From positions 359,040 through 423,039 of the forward strand of contig NW_026867442.1 in assembly GCF_020745735.1 (NCBI RefSeq): 64,000 nucleotides of DNA, read 5' to 3'. Both the position numbers and the translations under genes were made by a program. The notes under the pieces are model-generated. The model was not told the origin of the DNA. It did not search any database and worked only from the letters and a program-made list of their open reading frames with translations. Positions 37,216 through 50,799 of the stretch are shown here, in pieces; position 1 is the stretch's first letter; every line of letters begins with the position of its first letter. This DNA comes from Hemiscyllium ocellatum. Its lineage: Eukaryota.

Positions 37216-38209
37216 GTATGACCAGGCGTATGTACCTTCTGTCGGTCACTTTCTGTTATCAATTCCTGAAGCTGTGCATATATTAGAAACAACCAATACC
37301 TGCTTGACAGCTTATAGTTGCACTCTTCTGACACTCAAATCACAACAGAGTCAACAGTGGCAGGATAGATACATAGAGGATCCCAGGCTTCAGAATGCTT
37401 GTTCTTTCACACGTAATCTCATCCGAGGGTGTAATTTTAAAGATCTTGCACACAAACATTTTCTGTGCTTATGACTTTTTACAGTGTGTTACAACTTGTG
37501 CACCAATTGACTTGCAGATGCACTCTAGAACAGAAACCATTTGTAAACTGGGGTCTGCCAGTAACCTGAAACATGGGCACAATTTCAAATATGGAATAAT
37601 AATAATAAAACGTGGTTACAAGAATCCTTTGCCGTGTAGCCCACCTTAGTTGATTCTATTTGTTTTTTATTCAATGCTCACTGCTCTGTGAAACCAACTA
37701 TTAATGGAGATATGTTAGTGAAGCTCAGCCTTGTGCAGTATTTAGATCATCATCAGTTCATCAGAGCCATTAAGCTTTTATAAATTGGGACTGGAGTACA
37801 AAAATGAATGATGTTAAACCATCACAAATTACTGGTTAAGCTACAGTTAGAATGTTGTCCCCAGTATTGGGAACACTAATTCAGGAAGGACTTCAAGGCT
37901 GTGCACAGGAACCAGAAAGTGTTAACTTGACATTCGCTGATTATAGTAATCAAGAGAGATTCGATAAATTGCTGATCATTTTGATTGAATAGTGGTTCAG
38001 AGGAGACCTCAAACCTGGTCAGGATGTTGGAAGAACTGCTTCTACTGGTGGAAGAGACAGTAAGTAGATGGAAAATACAAAGTGAAGTTATGGAAGTCAC
38101 CAAATTAATAAAGTTACAGTTTCATTTCAAGGGGAGGCGATGGCCGAGTGGTATTAGTACCACGTACATAATCCAGATACTCAGTATATTTTAGTAAGCC
38201 TACACTGGA

Positions 38210-38390
38210 TAGGTCAGGCAGCATCAAAGGAGCAGGAGAATTGACGTTTCGAGCATTAGCACTTCTTCAGGCTTATGCCCGAAACGTCGATTCTCCTGCT
38301 CCTTTGATGCTGCCTGACCTGCTGCACTTTTCCAGCAACACATTTTGCAGCTCTGATCTCCAGCATCTGAAGTCCTCATTTTCTCCTGCA
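38210..38390. repeat. Palindromic Penelope pLTR remnant
   Basis: ggtcaggcagcatcaaaggagcaggagaat(t)gacgtttcg... faces ...cgaaacgtcgattctcctgctcctttgatgctgcctgacc. Confidence 0.75.
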
Positions 38391-39150
38391 CGGGATAGTC
38401 CAACATATGTTGAGCTGGGGTGAATTCTCCTTGCTGCTCATAGAAGTTGGGTTCTTGGCATTTTTTGGACTTCATCAAGGGGAAATTGTCATCAGTGAGC
38501 ATTTGCTTTATTTAGTGTATGTGATTTTGGAAACTCTTCATATCTTGTATAATTGTGTGCTGTCTGCTGATGTGCATGTGATGTCGTTGTCCTTTATTTT
38601 TCCTCTGGTATCCCAGAGAGCTACCAACCATACGGTGGCTAGTGTGATGGTAGTCACTGATGAATCCTCTTGATGACTCAAATGGATTGGTAAACCCAAA
38701 GGGCCTTTTAGGCCTTGGCAAGTATGTTGCGAAGCTGTTGTCTGGGTTGTCAGGTTTGGCAGGTTAATCAGCCTTTAGGCTGCTGTGTCCAGTCAGTACA
38801 TTGTTGTTTAAATTTAAGAGTGGGAATGGTGTTGTAGAAGATTGGCTTTTGGGAATAGTAGAGGGAACATGGGCCCATCCAGTAAGGATGACTGTTTATC
38901 CTCATGAAGGGCTTGTGCCGGAATCATGGAGTCTCCTCTTTGGATGCTGCCTGACATGCTGTGCTTTTCCAGTGCCACACTTTTCGACTCTGTTTATCCC
39001 TAATGCCGACCGAGTCCAACAGATTGTTTAAAGCAGAGCTTCAGCAAACAGATACTTGATGGCATGAAATCTGCAGTGTTAAATGGTTTAAGTGATGTCT
39101 CATTTTGGCAGTTGTCAACATTTGTGATTGTGTAAATTTTGTGCTTTCAG

Positions 39151-39356
39151 TGCTCACGGGAAGTCATCAAAGAAAAGCACAAGCTCTTCATTGTTCCATT
39201 CCACTGTGAGTTCCATGTCTCAGAGCCCTTTTCAGAATGACGCAGTGATAACATCCAGAGAGGGGACAAGGCTGCGTGCTACTACCTCCACACCTTCACC
39301 TTCTCTAGCCGACATCAGTGTTACTGCAGCCTGGCCCTCCACATCCTCTGCTGCAG
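39151..39356 (+). CDS. CEP350: CEP350-like exon C
   Basis: Ser-rich AHGKSSKKS...SSMSQSPFQNDAVITSREG...; weak similarity to recalled SPSSQKSLQFDVAGTSSER; phases 2 and 1 fit both neighbours. Confidence 0.7.
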
Positions 39357-40256
39357 GTTGGAACTCTTGGAATCATGTTTTCTGTAACTGTCATTGGTTT
39401 GTCCCAACCGTCTCCATTGGAGTAGTTTTAAAAAAAAATAAAACCCTGAGTAAGTAGACAACCAAGTTGAAGTGACAGGCATAGTGATGACTGGATGAAA
39501 TGGTGAGGTGCCACGTGACGTGGAAGCAGGTGCTTTTCCATTCAAGTGGTCGGATCCTGTCTGAGGAACATTAAGCAGAAGTAGGCTATTCGGCCTGTTG
39601 AGCCATCCCCTGTCATTCAGTACAATCATGGCTGATCAGTGCTTCTGTATCGTTTTAGCCACCCTGTTCCCATCACCCCATACACTGTTGGAAATCAAAT
39701 CCGTCAATTTTTACATAAAACATAATTGATGACTATGCTTTCACAACTCTCTGTGGCAGTGAACTCCAAAAGATTCATGACCCTGAAGTAACAACAGAAT
39801 TATCATCAGCTCAGACTTATGACATGGTCTCACTTATAAGTTGTCCCACCAGTCCTAGACTCCCCAACGGGGGAAACATTACCTACATCTACCCTTTAAG
39901 TATTTTGTAGATTTCAATGAAATCAATTCAAAATGCTGGAGAATGCAGGTCCAGTTTTCCCAATCTCTCTCCATGAGAATGTCCTAGAAACAAGTCTGGT
40001 GAACCTTTGTTGCATTCCTGATCATTCACCAGGACCCAAATACAATGATTGGGTTTGGATTTTCCGCACGCTTTGCTATTTGTTTTATCCTGTGAATCTC
40101 ATGAAAATTTCAATGTCTTGCCCCTTGTCATTTTTTTACGCAGTTCCCGAACTTGTTTTGAATCCTGGAGAGGCGTGCAGTTAACCCTATGATCCCAATG
40201 CATTATTGAACTAATTGTAAAAGTTGGAATTACACTTTTCACTTTGGTTATTGCAG

Positions 40257-40420
40257 CCTCGATGCTCAGCTCCCCACCAAGTATCCAACACCACATGACT
40301 GCTCAACACACTTACTTGGATGCTATGGAAGAGTCCATCCGTCAGCTATCGGAGATAGACATGACCCGGGGAATAGCCTTTGCTCAACAAGAGACTGTGT
40401 CATTGGCTCAGATCCTAAAG
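40257..40420 (+). CDS. CEP350: CEP350-like exon D
   Basis: YLDAMEESIRQLSEIDMTRGIAFAQQETVSLAQILK vs recalled YLNAIEESVRQLSDVERVRGISLAQQESVSLAQIIK. Confidence 0.92.
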
Positions 40421-40961
40421 GTACAGGTCTATGCCTTGTGCTCCTTCAGAAATGGTTTTGTGAAATTGTCTTAAGTGATAATGGCTGCGCTCGTTTTCCA
40501 AACCAGGCAACATTCTGAGCAACGTTCTTCAGTTAAATCAGGCAAAACAAAGATTATTCCAAAACTAGAGATTAAATTTACTTACCCTTGGGTTGTGATT
40601 TAGGACAATGCCTAATCTTAAATGTGCAGATATTAGCATCGAACCTGCGCATGACTGCACTTTCCAAGTTGACTGATAGAAGCAGGGCAAACTTGCCAAG
40701 TTTTCAAGAAATTTCAGCTTTCTAAAATTTGAGCCATTATGATGAGATTTATGAGAAAATTTTTTTTATTTATAAAGTTGCAATATTAAAATTAATTGAT
40801 TAAAATCTTGTCATTTGTTACTCTTAAGATTTTGATGCCTTTGCATTTCAATTGTTACTCTCTCTCTCTCTGGACACTGCAAATTTAAATACCAGTTTTT
40901 CACAGAGCAGAGCAGTGGAATGTAGAGTGATGGTTCCTATTTAATCTTTGTTTGTGTCCAG

Positions 40962-41072
40962 GCCCAACAGCTGAGCCATGAGCACGACATAGCCCTGCTG
41001 AAGCTGAAGGCCGAGCAGGAAGCTGCTGCAAGTCAGAGGCAGCTAGAGGAGGCCAGACAGAAAGCTGTACAG
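40962..41072 (+). CDS. CEP350: CEP350-like exon E
   Basis: AQQLSHEHDIALLKLKAEQEAAASQRQLEEARQKAVQ; AG/GT, phase 0/0. Confidence 0.92.
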
Positions 41073-43309
41073 GTACTTGAACATGTAACAGGTGTCTGGA
41101 AATGCAAATAATTCAGTGTTGACTGCTTCTCACCGTGCAATAAGAATAAACAAATTATAATTATAAAGTGCCTTTAACATTGAAGCCAAACCTCTTCCCA
41201 CCCCTGCCCTGTTCTGTTCCACCGGTAAACTGCCCCACTCAACAAAAGCACATTATGAAGATGTCATCATGAAAATCAATGACAGGCCCAGACCATGGGG
41301 ACAGGAGAAGGTACAGTTTTAGAAGCAAAAACATAGTTTGCTGGTGACACTCAACAGCATCTGTGGGAAGAAAGAAGAGTTAACATTTCAGAGATTCTTT
41401 AGAAAACCTGGACAGATTGTAAGACCTTAAGGAGTGAATTCTAAAGACTGAGACACACAACTTGATGGAGTGGGGTTGAACAAGATGACATCAGGAATGT
41501 AGATGATGAGGGAGGTTATAGGGCTGGAGCAGGTTACAGGAATGGGACAAAGGGAGGTCATGCTGACTTTGATTTGGGTGAGTAAGTTTGGAAGGTTGCA
41601 GGTTCCTGTGTTTTTACCTCTTGGAATTCTGTATCTTAAGAGTCAGAAATCTTAATCAAAATAATCCTTGCTATTGTTCTTAGTTACTTGTGCAAGCTTG
41701 CTCCTGTGTTTTAATGCCTTAATGACAAGTCGTGAATTTGCATTCTGTAATTCTGGTGATCTCGAGGTGGGCCATAAAGGCCTGCTTGCTGGCATAGTCC
41801 TCAACCCAAGAACAATTCAAAAAAAGGCTGCAGTCTATTTTAGTGTCTGATTGACAGTGGCTCCTTCAACTATTGACCATCCAGGCACTGACATTTGTTT
41901 ACTGAACCTGAATGTGTCTCTGTCTTTCTTCAAGAAGCTCCTTAAAAACTATGTTTTATCTGAGCACTTCTTATGTGGCTACTTGTCATATTTTGTAATC
42001 ATGTTCCTGTCAACGTCCATGGGATGTTATAGTATAAAGGTGTGATACAAATGTCAGTTCATCTCATTGTGAATGCAACTGCCTCTGAATGAAAACGTTT
42101 TTGTTTCAAGCCCCATGCTTCGACTTGAATGGAAGCCGACCATACGCACTCAATCTAGAGCAGGACTGCTGCATTCTTAGAGATGACACTTTCAGGCAAG
42201 ACGTTAAAGCAAGTTCCCATCTTCTATTCCAGTGGATAGAGAAGATCCATTTTAATACTTGAAGAAGTCTAAGAGAGCTCTCCTGTTATCCTGCTCAATA
42301 TGAATTCCTCACCATTGTAGATGCTGTCTTTTTAGGAGCTTGTCAAAAGGCCCTTCTTGGACAGCGTGACGATATTTTGAAAGAACTCCATTGGCTGAGA
42401 AGGACTTTGCAATGACCTGAAGATGTCAATGACACCGTGAAAACGTTAGCTTCTTTAAACGGCAGTTTTTGCTTCAGATTGTCCCCATCTGAGGAACACA
42501 GCGCAGAACTGCCTCTGATGCCATATTTGCGATTTCTTTGATAGAACCCACACAGAGAGAGTAGAACCATGAGGGTAAGGAGTATCCACTTGACCAATTA
42601 CGATCATGGCAATAAAAATAGACTGCAGCTTTTTTTGAATTGTTCCTCAGTTGAGGACCATGCTAGCAAGCAATGGCCTACCACGAGATCACCAGAATTG
42701 TGGAATGCATATTCACAACTTGTCATTGGGATATAGGAACAAGAGTAGAACAATCAGCCTCTTCATTCTCTTATCCAACTGAGTTTAAATTTGTTTTTGC
42801 CGAAAAGCCCTTTCGCTTTTCATCAGCCTTATCCCTCAAAACACATGCAAAATAAAAGTATCATCTCATCACAGCAATTTGCTGGAAAAAAGCATTTAAA
42901 ATAATAAAGTATCTCAAAATATTTCAAAAAAGCATCAAATGGAAAAGTTTATGTCATGCAAGATATTCAAAATTTTGGTGAAGTTGGATTTTAAGGAGTG
43001 TTTAAAGGAGGAAATGGAGCTGAGAGATGAACAGGTCTAGGAAAGCATTATGATGGAATATTTCCCACTGACCTGGAGGAGTGCAGTTCTCGTGATACTC
43101 AGGAAGCTCAACATCATCCATTACAAAACATCAGCATGATTTGAATCATGTCCACCCCCTTAAGTGCCTATTCCCTCTGTCATCAGTATGCGGTAGCAAC
43201 AAGGTGCACCATCTACAAGATGCTCTGCAATACCTCACTGAAGGCTCCTTTGACAGATCTGGACTCATGACCTATCCTGTCTGGAAGAACAGGGCAGCAA
43301 ATATAGAAC

Positions 43310-43760
43310 ATAGAACATAGAAAAGTACAGCAGAGAACAGGCCCTTTTGCCCAAGATGTTGTGCAGAGATTGAATCCTAATGTAAAATACAGTAACTTAA
43401 CCTGCGCACCCCCTCAACTCACTGCTATCCATGTGCATGGCCAGCAGTCGCTTAAGTATCCCCAATGACTCTGCTTCCACCACCACAGCTGGCAAGCATT
43501 CCATGCATTTAAAACTCTCTGCGTAAAGAACCTACCTCTGACATTTCCTTTGTACTTTCCTCCTAATATCTTCAAACTATGGCTTCTCGCACCAGTCAAT
43601 CCTGCCCTGGGGAAAAGTCTCTGGCTATTGACTCTATCTACTCCTCTCTTTATGCCTCGATCAGGTATTCTCTCTTCGTCCTTCTCTCCAGAGAGAAGCA
43701 TACAAGCTTATTCAAGCTTTCTTCATAAAGCAAGGCCTCCATTCCAGTGCCTGGGAATGC
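43310..43760 (-). mobile_element. CR1/HER1 LINE 3' end
   Basis: catagaa tail repeats and minus-strand IKRGVDRVNSQRLFP...RGRFFTQRV. Confidence 0.8.
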
Positions 43761-44348
43761 CGCATATAGTTATGACATTGAATTATGTTGCTCTTCCTTT
43801 GCTGCCTACAATGGTCTGACATACATTGGGAGTATCTTGCAGCCACATGGGTTGCCGTGGTTTAAGAAGATCACTAACTTTCACCTTTTAATGCCAGTTA
43901 TGGTTGGACAGTCAGTGTCAGGGATATCTACATCCTGAGAATGAATTAAATAATTAATTCCTGATTTTTCAGTTCTGCATGGTCTGGTTTTTAGTTTTAA
44001 GGTTGAATACATCTCCCCATCATGGAAACAATCTCGCAATACCATGACCAGGTTAAATTAAAAAAAAAACCAAAGAACTGCAAATACTGGAAATCAAAAA
44101 AACAAAATCACACTATGACTAGGTTACTGTGCTTATATGTGACGTTGGAGGAGAGGGAAAGGCTTAAAAGCTTGATTGTAAAACAGAAGCCGTGTCAGTG
44201 AGCTAAAGTTGCATGATGAAACATGTGAGCAGTGTGCTTACTGGATCATAAGTCAATTTCACATTGCATTTTAATAGTGCTTTGTCTCTTGATTAAAGTA
44301 TCTGAATTATCAATTGCTGGACGTGAAAACCTCTCTTTGTGTTCTCAG

Positions 44349-44480
44349 GCATGTGCAGAAAGTCTGCAGCAGTTTGTACAGGTTCGCCAAGAGATGCTGC
44401 AAGAGTCCACAACTAAATTGATCACTCAGCAGGTGGAACTTGCAAGGCTGATGGCTGATACAGCACGTCAGGTCACAGAG
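44349..44480 (+). CDS. CEP350: CEP350-like exon F
   Basis: ACAESLQQFVQVRQEMLQESTTKLITQQVELARLMADTARQVTE; phase 0/0. Confidence 0.88.
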
Positions 44481-47258
44481 GTACTTTCTTCTAGTGTACT
44501 TGGCAAGATGGCCCTTTCCCCCAGTCATGCTGAAGAGCCAGTACTTTCTGGAGTTTGGAAGGAATTTCTCTCATACAATTGCTGCATTGAGTTAATTGTC
44601 ACTGCAGTTTGAAATTATTTCATTCCTCGAATGTAGTAAACTGTCAAGGAAGAGCAGGGCAAAGCTTAACAGCATACCATATGATATTAAGAAAGATGAC
44701 CAAATGCTTGGTCAAAGAAATAGGTGAGATAGAATGTTGGAAAGGAAGAAAATGTTACTATTTGAGCTGCGTTAGGACAGAGTTGCATAGCTGATGACCA
44801 TGCAGCTGAAAGCTTCAGTGCTGAGCTGGGGTGGTGAAAATGAAAATGCTAAAATGGGGAACATAGACACTTCAAAAATTTCGAGGATTGAAGGAAATTG
44901 CAGAGATAGAAAGGAAAAATATGTCCGGAAGGACAGGACTTCTTATACTGAAGCTGTTGGCAAGTCATGAATCAGCAAGTACAAGGATCGTGGGTAAAAG
45001 GGGCTTGGAAAGAGGGTGCAGTAAGTGGAGCTTTTGAATATGTTGAAGTTGATGAAAGTTCAGTCAAGAGAACATTGGGATAGTCATGTCTGGAAGTGAA
45101 CAAATAAGTAAACAGCTGAGGGTGCAATTTTGGGTCATGTGATGGAAGAGTTTACTGAAGGTAAGAATTCCCGTTAGATGAGCTCTGTAGTAGGTTTCCT
45201 TTATTCATGGAGGGAATTGCCTTCGTATTCATGACTGCATAGCTGTGATTGATTGGTTAATGCCATCGGAATCAACACATAAACACCCCATTTTCACTCC
45301 TTTTCACAACGTCTGAGATCTTTTAACACATTGTCTCATGCTCCCCTTTGGAGAAAAGAAAGCATGAAATGGAGCCTCAAGGAATCGGAGCAGGAGTAGG
45401 GATTCGTTCCCTTGAGCTTGCTCCCCCATTCTATCAGATCATGGCTGGGCCAACCCAGCCCTCAACTTGTCTTTTATGCTTGATCCTCATAGCCCTCAAC
45501 TGCTTAATATTTCAAAATTCTATCTACCCTCTTTTAAAATAATTTGATATAGCATCATAGCATCATTGCTTCAGCTGAGCAATTCCACACCCACCCTCCG
45601 AAGAGTAACCCACCAGACCCATTCCCCTACCCCATTTAGCTGTCACAATTTTTTGGGCAAGAGAATCCCAGCCATTCACTGAAAGAGAAAAAAATCTTTA
45701 TTTTTTAAAAAACGAATGTTCCCTTCTGTAATGTCCCCTGGGTTGAGACTTCACTGGTACTCGAACATCTAGTCAACACCAACCCCTGTCAAGCTCCTCA
45801 GAACATTGTTTCCATAAGATCACCCGTTATTTGTCCAGACTCTATTGAATAATGACCTAACCTATTCTTGACAGACCAACCTTTTCATCCACGAAGCAAC
45901 TAAATGAATCTTTTTTTGAGTGGCCTCCAATGCTAGTTTATCCTTTCTTAAATATGAGAGCAAACATTGTATACAGTACTCCAAGTGAGGTCTCAGCAAC
46001 AGCCATTGTGGTTAACCAATCCTCAGTCCATGCTAATACATGACCCCCGATGTCGTGAGCTCCTATCTTGTGCAATTAACTTTTATGTAGCACCTTATCA
46101 AATGCATTTTTAAAATCCAAATACAGAACATCATCAGATTCTCCTTTATCTGCCCTACTTCTTATCTCCTTAATGAACTCTAGCAAATTTGTCAAATATA
46201 GTTCCCTTTCACAAAATCCAGTCTACCATGTTTAATGATAAGCTTTTCCAAATGTCCTGCTATTTCTTCCTTTAATAATCAACTCTGCTGTTCTGCCAAA
46301 ACAGATATTAAACTAACTTTCCTGATTTCTGTCTCCCTCCTTTCTTGAACAGGCGCATCAATCCACTGGAAGCTCCCTGTATCCACTGATTCGGGAATAA
46401 TTCAATTGATGCCTTGAATATCTCTGCAGCCAGTTGCCTTAACAAAATGTTTGATACAGGCCATTAGGTCCTGTCTGCCTTTAATCCTATTAGTTTGTCA
46501 TTACTTTGTCCTTTGTGACAAAGACTGTTGTAGCATTTGTCCTCCCACGAATACCTTGCTTTTTGCTATCTTTGGGATGATAACGGTATTCTCCTCCATG
46601 AAGAGCAATGTAAAATATTGGTTTAAATTATCTGCTGTTTTCCCTGTATACATTATCAATTCCCGAATCAGAACCTCCAAGGGTTCGATGCTCACATTAG
46701 CTACTCACTTTTTACATACCTGGAGAAACTTTTGCCATTCATTTTTGTATCTTGTCAGTTTAATTTCATGATCAATTTTTTTTTCCTTTTTCGTCCGCCG
46801 CTGCTGTGTCGTTCTTTTCCTTGTGGGTACTGTCCTTGACTGCCTTTGTTACCCACGGGTGGTTCACCTTTCTCTTAGAGTTCTCCTTTTTGCCTCAAAT
46901 AAGATTTTGCTCAGCATTATGAAAAAAGCCCATCATATCCCAATGACGGAGCATGTGAATTTTTTAACACTGGATGCTTCAATTTTAATGATGTTCTCAT
47001 TGGTTTTTGCTGTTTCACAGAAGAGCTGGGAGCATCTGGAAAGGAGGTGGCAGCTGATTCAGGATTAGTTCCAGAATTAATTTGAATACTTGCAAAAATA
47101 AATTACTTGCAATATTGTGAGAGCAGGGGTCTAGCCAAATAGCTATTCCAAAGAGGCGGCACACATGCGATGGGTTGAGTAGGGGCCTCTGATTTCAAAA
47201 GCAAGATGTGATCCAAGTTGTCTTCTAACCTGTGCTGTGCTAATTCTTGCTGGTTTAG

Positions 47259-47419
47259 ATGACTGAGTTGGCATGTGCGCAGGTTGCAGCAGGATCTCTG
47301 ACTGCCACAAACCCACCTCATGGAACAGCTCCTGTGCCAGTGACAGTGCTGCTGGACCAACAGAGGCAGCAACATTCAGACTTCATGAACCAACTTCGAA
47401 CCAGAACTGAACCTGACAG
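47259..47419 (+). CDS. CEP350: CEP350-like exon G
   Basis: MTELA...LDQQRQQHSDFMNQLRTRTEPD; phase 0 to 2. Confidence 0.85.
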
Positions 47420-47935
47420 GTAAGATTTTTACACTGTCCCAAACCTGATCAATAATATTAAGCTTCTTGGCTTAATAACCTAAGGCTTGTTGCTTGATGC
47501 GATGCACTGTTTTGGATGTTTTCGCTATTATCTGTGATCAGGAGAGGCAGGATCAATGCACTCAGTCTTTTAGGAAAAAGGAGGTGGCTCAGTGTTTAAC
47601 ACTGCTGCCTCACAGCGCCATGCACCCAGGTGACTCCAGCCTCAGATGACTGTCCGTGTGGAGTTTGCACATTCTCCCGGATCTGCATGGGTTTCCTCTG
47701 AGTGCTCCGATTTTCTCCCACAATCCAAAGATGTGCAGGTGAGGTGAATTGGCCGTGCTAAATTGCCAATAGTGTTCAGGGATGTGCAGGTTTGGTGCAT
47801 TAGTCAGGGGTAAATGTTGAGTAATAGTGTTAAGGGATAGGCTTGGTTGGGATACTCTTCAGAGGGTTGATGTGGATTTGTTGGGCCGAAGGGCCTGTTG
47901 TTGTGGTTCTGTTCGCCGAACTGGAAGTTTTTGCT

Positions 47936-47975
47936 GCAAACGTTTCGTTCCCTGGCTAGGGAACATCATCAGTGC
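47936..47975 (-). ncRNA. Minimal type I hammerhead ribozyme motif
   Basis: gca-CTGATGA-t-gttccc-tagcca-gggaac-GAAAC-GTT/tgc; perfect 6-bp stem II and 3-bp stem I. Confidence 0.6.
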
Positions 47976-49177
47976 TATTGGAGCCTCCTGTGAAGCGCTG
48001 CTTTGATGTTTCTTCCGGTATTTATAGTGGTTTGTTCTTGCCGCTTCCGGGTGTCAGTTTCAGCTGTAGTAGTTTGTATGTGGGGTCGTGGTTGATGTGT
48101 CTGTTGATGGATCTTTTTGCCGTTTCCGGGTGTCAGTTTCAGCTGTAGTGGTTTGTATATGGGGTCCAAGTCTATGTGTCTGTTAATGGAGTTTGTGGAT
48201 GAATGCCATGCCTCTAGGAATTCCCTGGCTGTTCTCTGTCTGGCTTGTCCTATGATGGTAGTGTTTTCCCAGTCAAATTCATGTTCCTGGTTGTCTGAGT
48301 GTATGGCTACTAGGGATAGCTGGTCGTGTCGTTTTGTGGCTAGCTGATGTTCATGGATGCGGATTGTTAGCTGTCTTCCTGTTTGTCCTATATAGTCTTT
48401 TGTGCAGTCCTTGCATGGTATTTTGTAAACTACGTTAGTTTGGCTCATGCTGGCTATTGGGTCCTTCGTTCTAGTGAGTTGTTGTCTGAGTGTGGAAGTT
48501 GGCTTGTGTGCTGTTATGAGTCCTAAGGGTCGCAGTAGTCTGGCTGTCAGTTCTGAGACGCTCCTGACGTATGGTAGTGTGGCTAGTCCTTTTGATTGTG
48601 GCATGTCCTCATTCCGTGGTCTATCTCTTAGGCATCTGGTGATAAAGTTGCGTGGGTATCCGTTTTTGGCGAATACCTTGTATAGGTGTTCCTCTTCCTC
48701 TTTTCGCAGTTCTGGTGTACTGCAGTGTGTTGTGGCTCTTTTGAATAGTGTCCTGGTGCAGCTTCGTTTGTGTGTGTTGGGGTGGTTACTTTCATAGTTT
48801 AGGACTTGGTCTGTGTGTGTTGGTTTCCTGTGTACCCTTGTGGTGAATTCTCCGTTGGTTATGCAAAGGTTAGAACGTACATCCCTACCACAAATCCAAC
48901 CCAAACTCTGGATCAGATACGTCAATGACACATTTGTAATCATCAAAAACACAGAAATAGAAAAAACACACCGAATCATCAATGCCACACTCACAGGAAT
49001 ACGATTCACGAGAAAAGAGGAAAAGGATAGCCAACTCCCATTCCTAGACGTGTTAGTAGAGAGAACGCCCCACATACAAACTACTACAGCTGAAACTGAC
49101 ACCCGGAAGCGGCAAGAACAAACCACTATAAATACCGGAAGAAACATCAAAGCAGCGCTTCACAGGAGGCTCCAATA

Positions 49178-49217
49178 GCACTGATGATGTTCCCTAGCAA
49201 GGGAACGAAACGTTTGC
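49178..49217 (+). ncRNA. Minimal type I hammerhead ribozyme motif
   Basis: gca-CTGATGA-t-gttccc-tagcaa-gggaac-GAAAC-GTT/tgc; mirror copy of 47936-47975. Confidence 0.6.
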
Positions 49218-50576
49218 AGCAAAAACTTCCAGCTCGGCGAACAGAACCACAACAACGGACACCTGAGCTACAAATCTTCAACCAGACTTCGAAGGGCCTG
49301 TTTCCACACTGTAGGAATTCTATTCTATTCTATGGTCAGAGTAATTTTGGGGGTCTAACAGAATCCTGTTATTCAGAAGGCACTCTGTTAGTTAAAATAG
49401 TATTGTGCACTCTTACCTTCTGCAGCAATTTGAGGTAGACTGCTCTGTACAGTTTCTTCAAACATTTTGTTCTTGAACCAGTCAGGGACTTGGTAATATG
49501 ATTGATTAATGAGTTCAAAATTAAAGACCCTTTTGGTAAGATTCAATGCAGCATAATAGAATTTAGCTTTAGGTGAAGGAATTTGGTTCTTGAACTAGTG
49601 TCTAAAGTTAAAGGCAGTCACAAGGGTATAAAGTAATAGTGAGCTAAATGGGAATGGGACGAGAGGTTAGAATGTTAAAGCAGAAGAACCTATTCAGTTA
49701 TTTCATAATTCTCAACAATGTACATTTATTTATAAAAGAAATGTACAATGAAAAGGTGCCAACAGCGGGGCATAGCTAAAGGAATTGTGGGTGACATCAA
49801 ATTGAAAGAAAAGATATACAAAACTGCAAAGGTGGTGGTAGGCCAGAAAATTTGAGAATTTCAAACTATCGAAGGATGAGCAAAAAACTGCTGGAAGATA
49901 CTTTGTCCCTTGTGATAGAGACTGTTATAACATCTTACCTCCCATTATATACCTTGCTTTTTTCCCACCTTTGGGATGGTAACAGTATCTTCCAGATTAG
50001 TAAGATAATTGGGCAAATTATCCCACAAGTTACTCAGTCTAAAACAAAGTGCTCTTGTGATGCTGTGGTCATGTCTCCAACTTTGAGCCAGAGGCCTGGA
50101 TAAATCCTACCGGCTCCAGAAGTGTTGATTCGGAAAGAAACATGAGACAAACTTCAGTAATTGAATGTACAATCTTGATGGTCTCTGGAAATTCCAAACT
50201 TGACTATTTTGTATCCTGACCTGAGGCCTGATCTCAATTAACCCATCTCATTTGAACTGAATTGCCTTTGCTTGTGTTGAATATAATTGAAGTTTGTCCT
50301 GTCTGCACGCTCCCTTGTGCAAAACCTGTTGCAACCTGTCAAAGAACAAGATTGTAAAGTCAGATTAGCTGATAGTCTGTTCAAGGGACAGTAGGTGTTG
50401 CAGTATTGATCCCATTTTCCATTGAACTGAGACAGGAGATGATGAGCTTGCTGAGATGTCCATCACTGAAACAATTGTTTCAATTAAAAAAGAAACTGCT
50501 TTGGCTGTGGTGGAATTGAATCCAGAGACTTAGCTAGAAGTAGCTGATCGTTGTTTCTTTCTTTGTTTCATCGTAG

Positions 50577-50699
50577 AAAGAACGAGTGCAGCCCAACACC
50601 AGGTGGATCTGCAGAGAAACTGCCAGACACTAAAATGCGTAACTCCACTTTATTAGACAGTCTGACTGAGTCATCCAGACTCAAATATCATGATCGGAG
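50577..50699 (+). CDS. CEP350: CEP350-like exon H
   Basis: KNECSPT...DSLTESSRLKYHDR; phase 2/2. Confidence 0.8.
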
Positions 50700-50799
50700 G
50701 TGGGCTATTTATGTTCGCTGTGGATGCTTTTACATAGTACAATATTAATCCAAAACATATCTCTTGAGTACTGAAAACAACAAATACTGGAGATCACAG

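Larger units (their letters stand above)
47900..49290 (-). mobile_element. Penelope-like (Poseidon-like) insertion with inverted pLTRs and internal inversion
   Basis: 13-bp TSD cgaagggcctgtt (47887-47899 and 49291-49303); minus-strand GIY-YIG VVYKIPCKDCTKDYIGQTG; plus-strand RT piece LWIRYVNDTF...QLPFLDVLVERTP. Confidence 0.9.
47585..49335 (+). mobile_element. HE1-type V-SINE split by a Penelope insertion (SINE parts 47585-47899 and 49291-49335)
   Basis: tRNA head gtggctcagtg..., V-domain and CR1-like tail gttgggccgaagggcctgtt that resumes as cgaagggcctgtttccacactgtagg...(attct)n. Confidence 0.85.

Noticed and set aside
47585-47660. tRNA genes at SINE heads (also about 62520, 1570, 50800)
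   Set aside because: tRNA-derived SINE promoters continuing into V/Deu domains; no complete cloverleaf.
47975-49150. 391-aa minus-strand ORF, the longest in the track, as a novel protein
   Set aside because: Chimeric artefact: its first third is the antisense of the inverted RT piece and pLTR, fused to the real Penelope thumb/GIY-YIG region.
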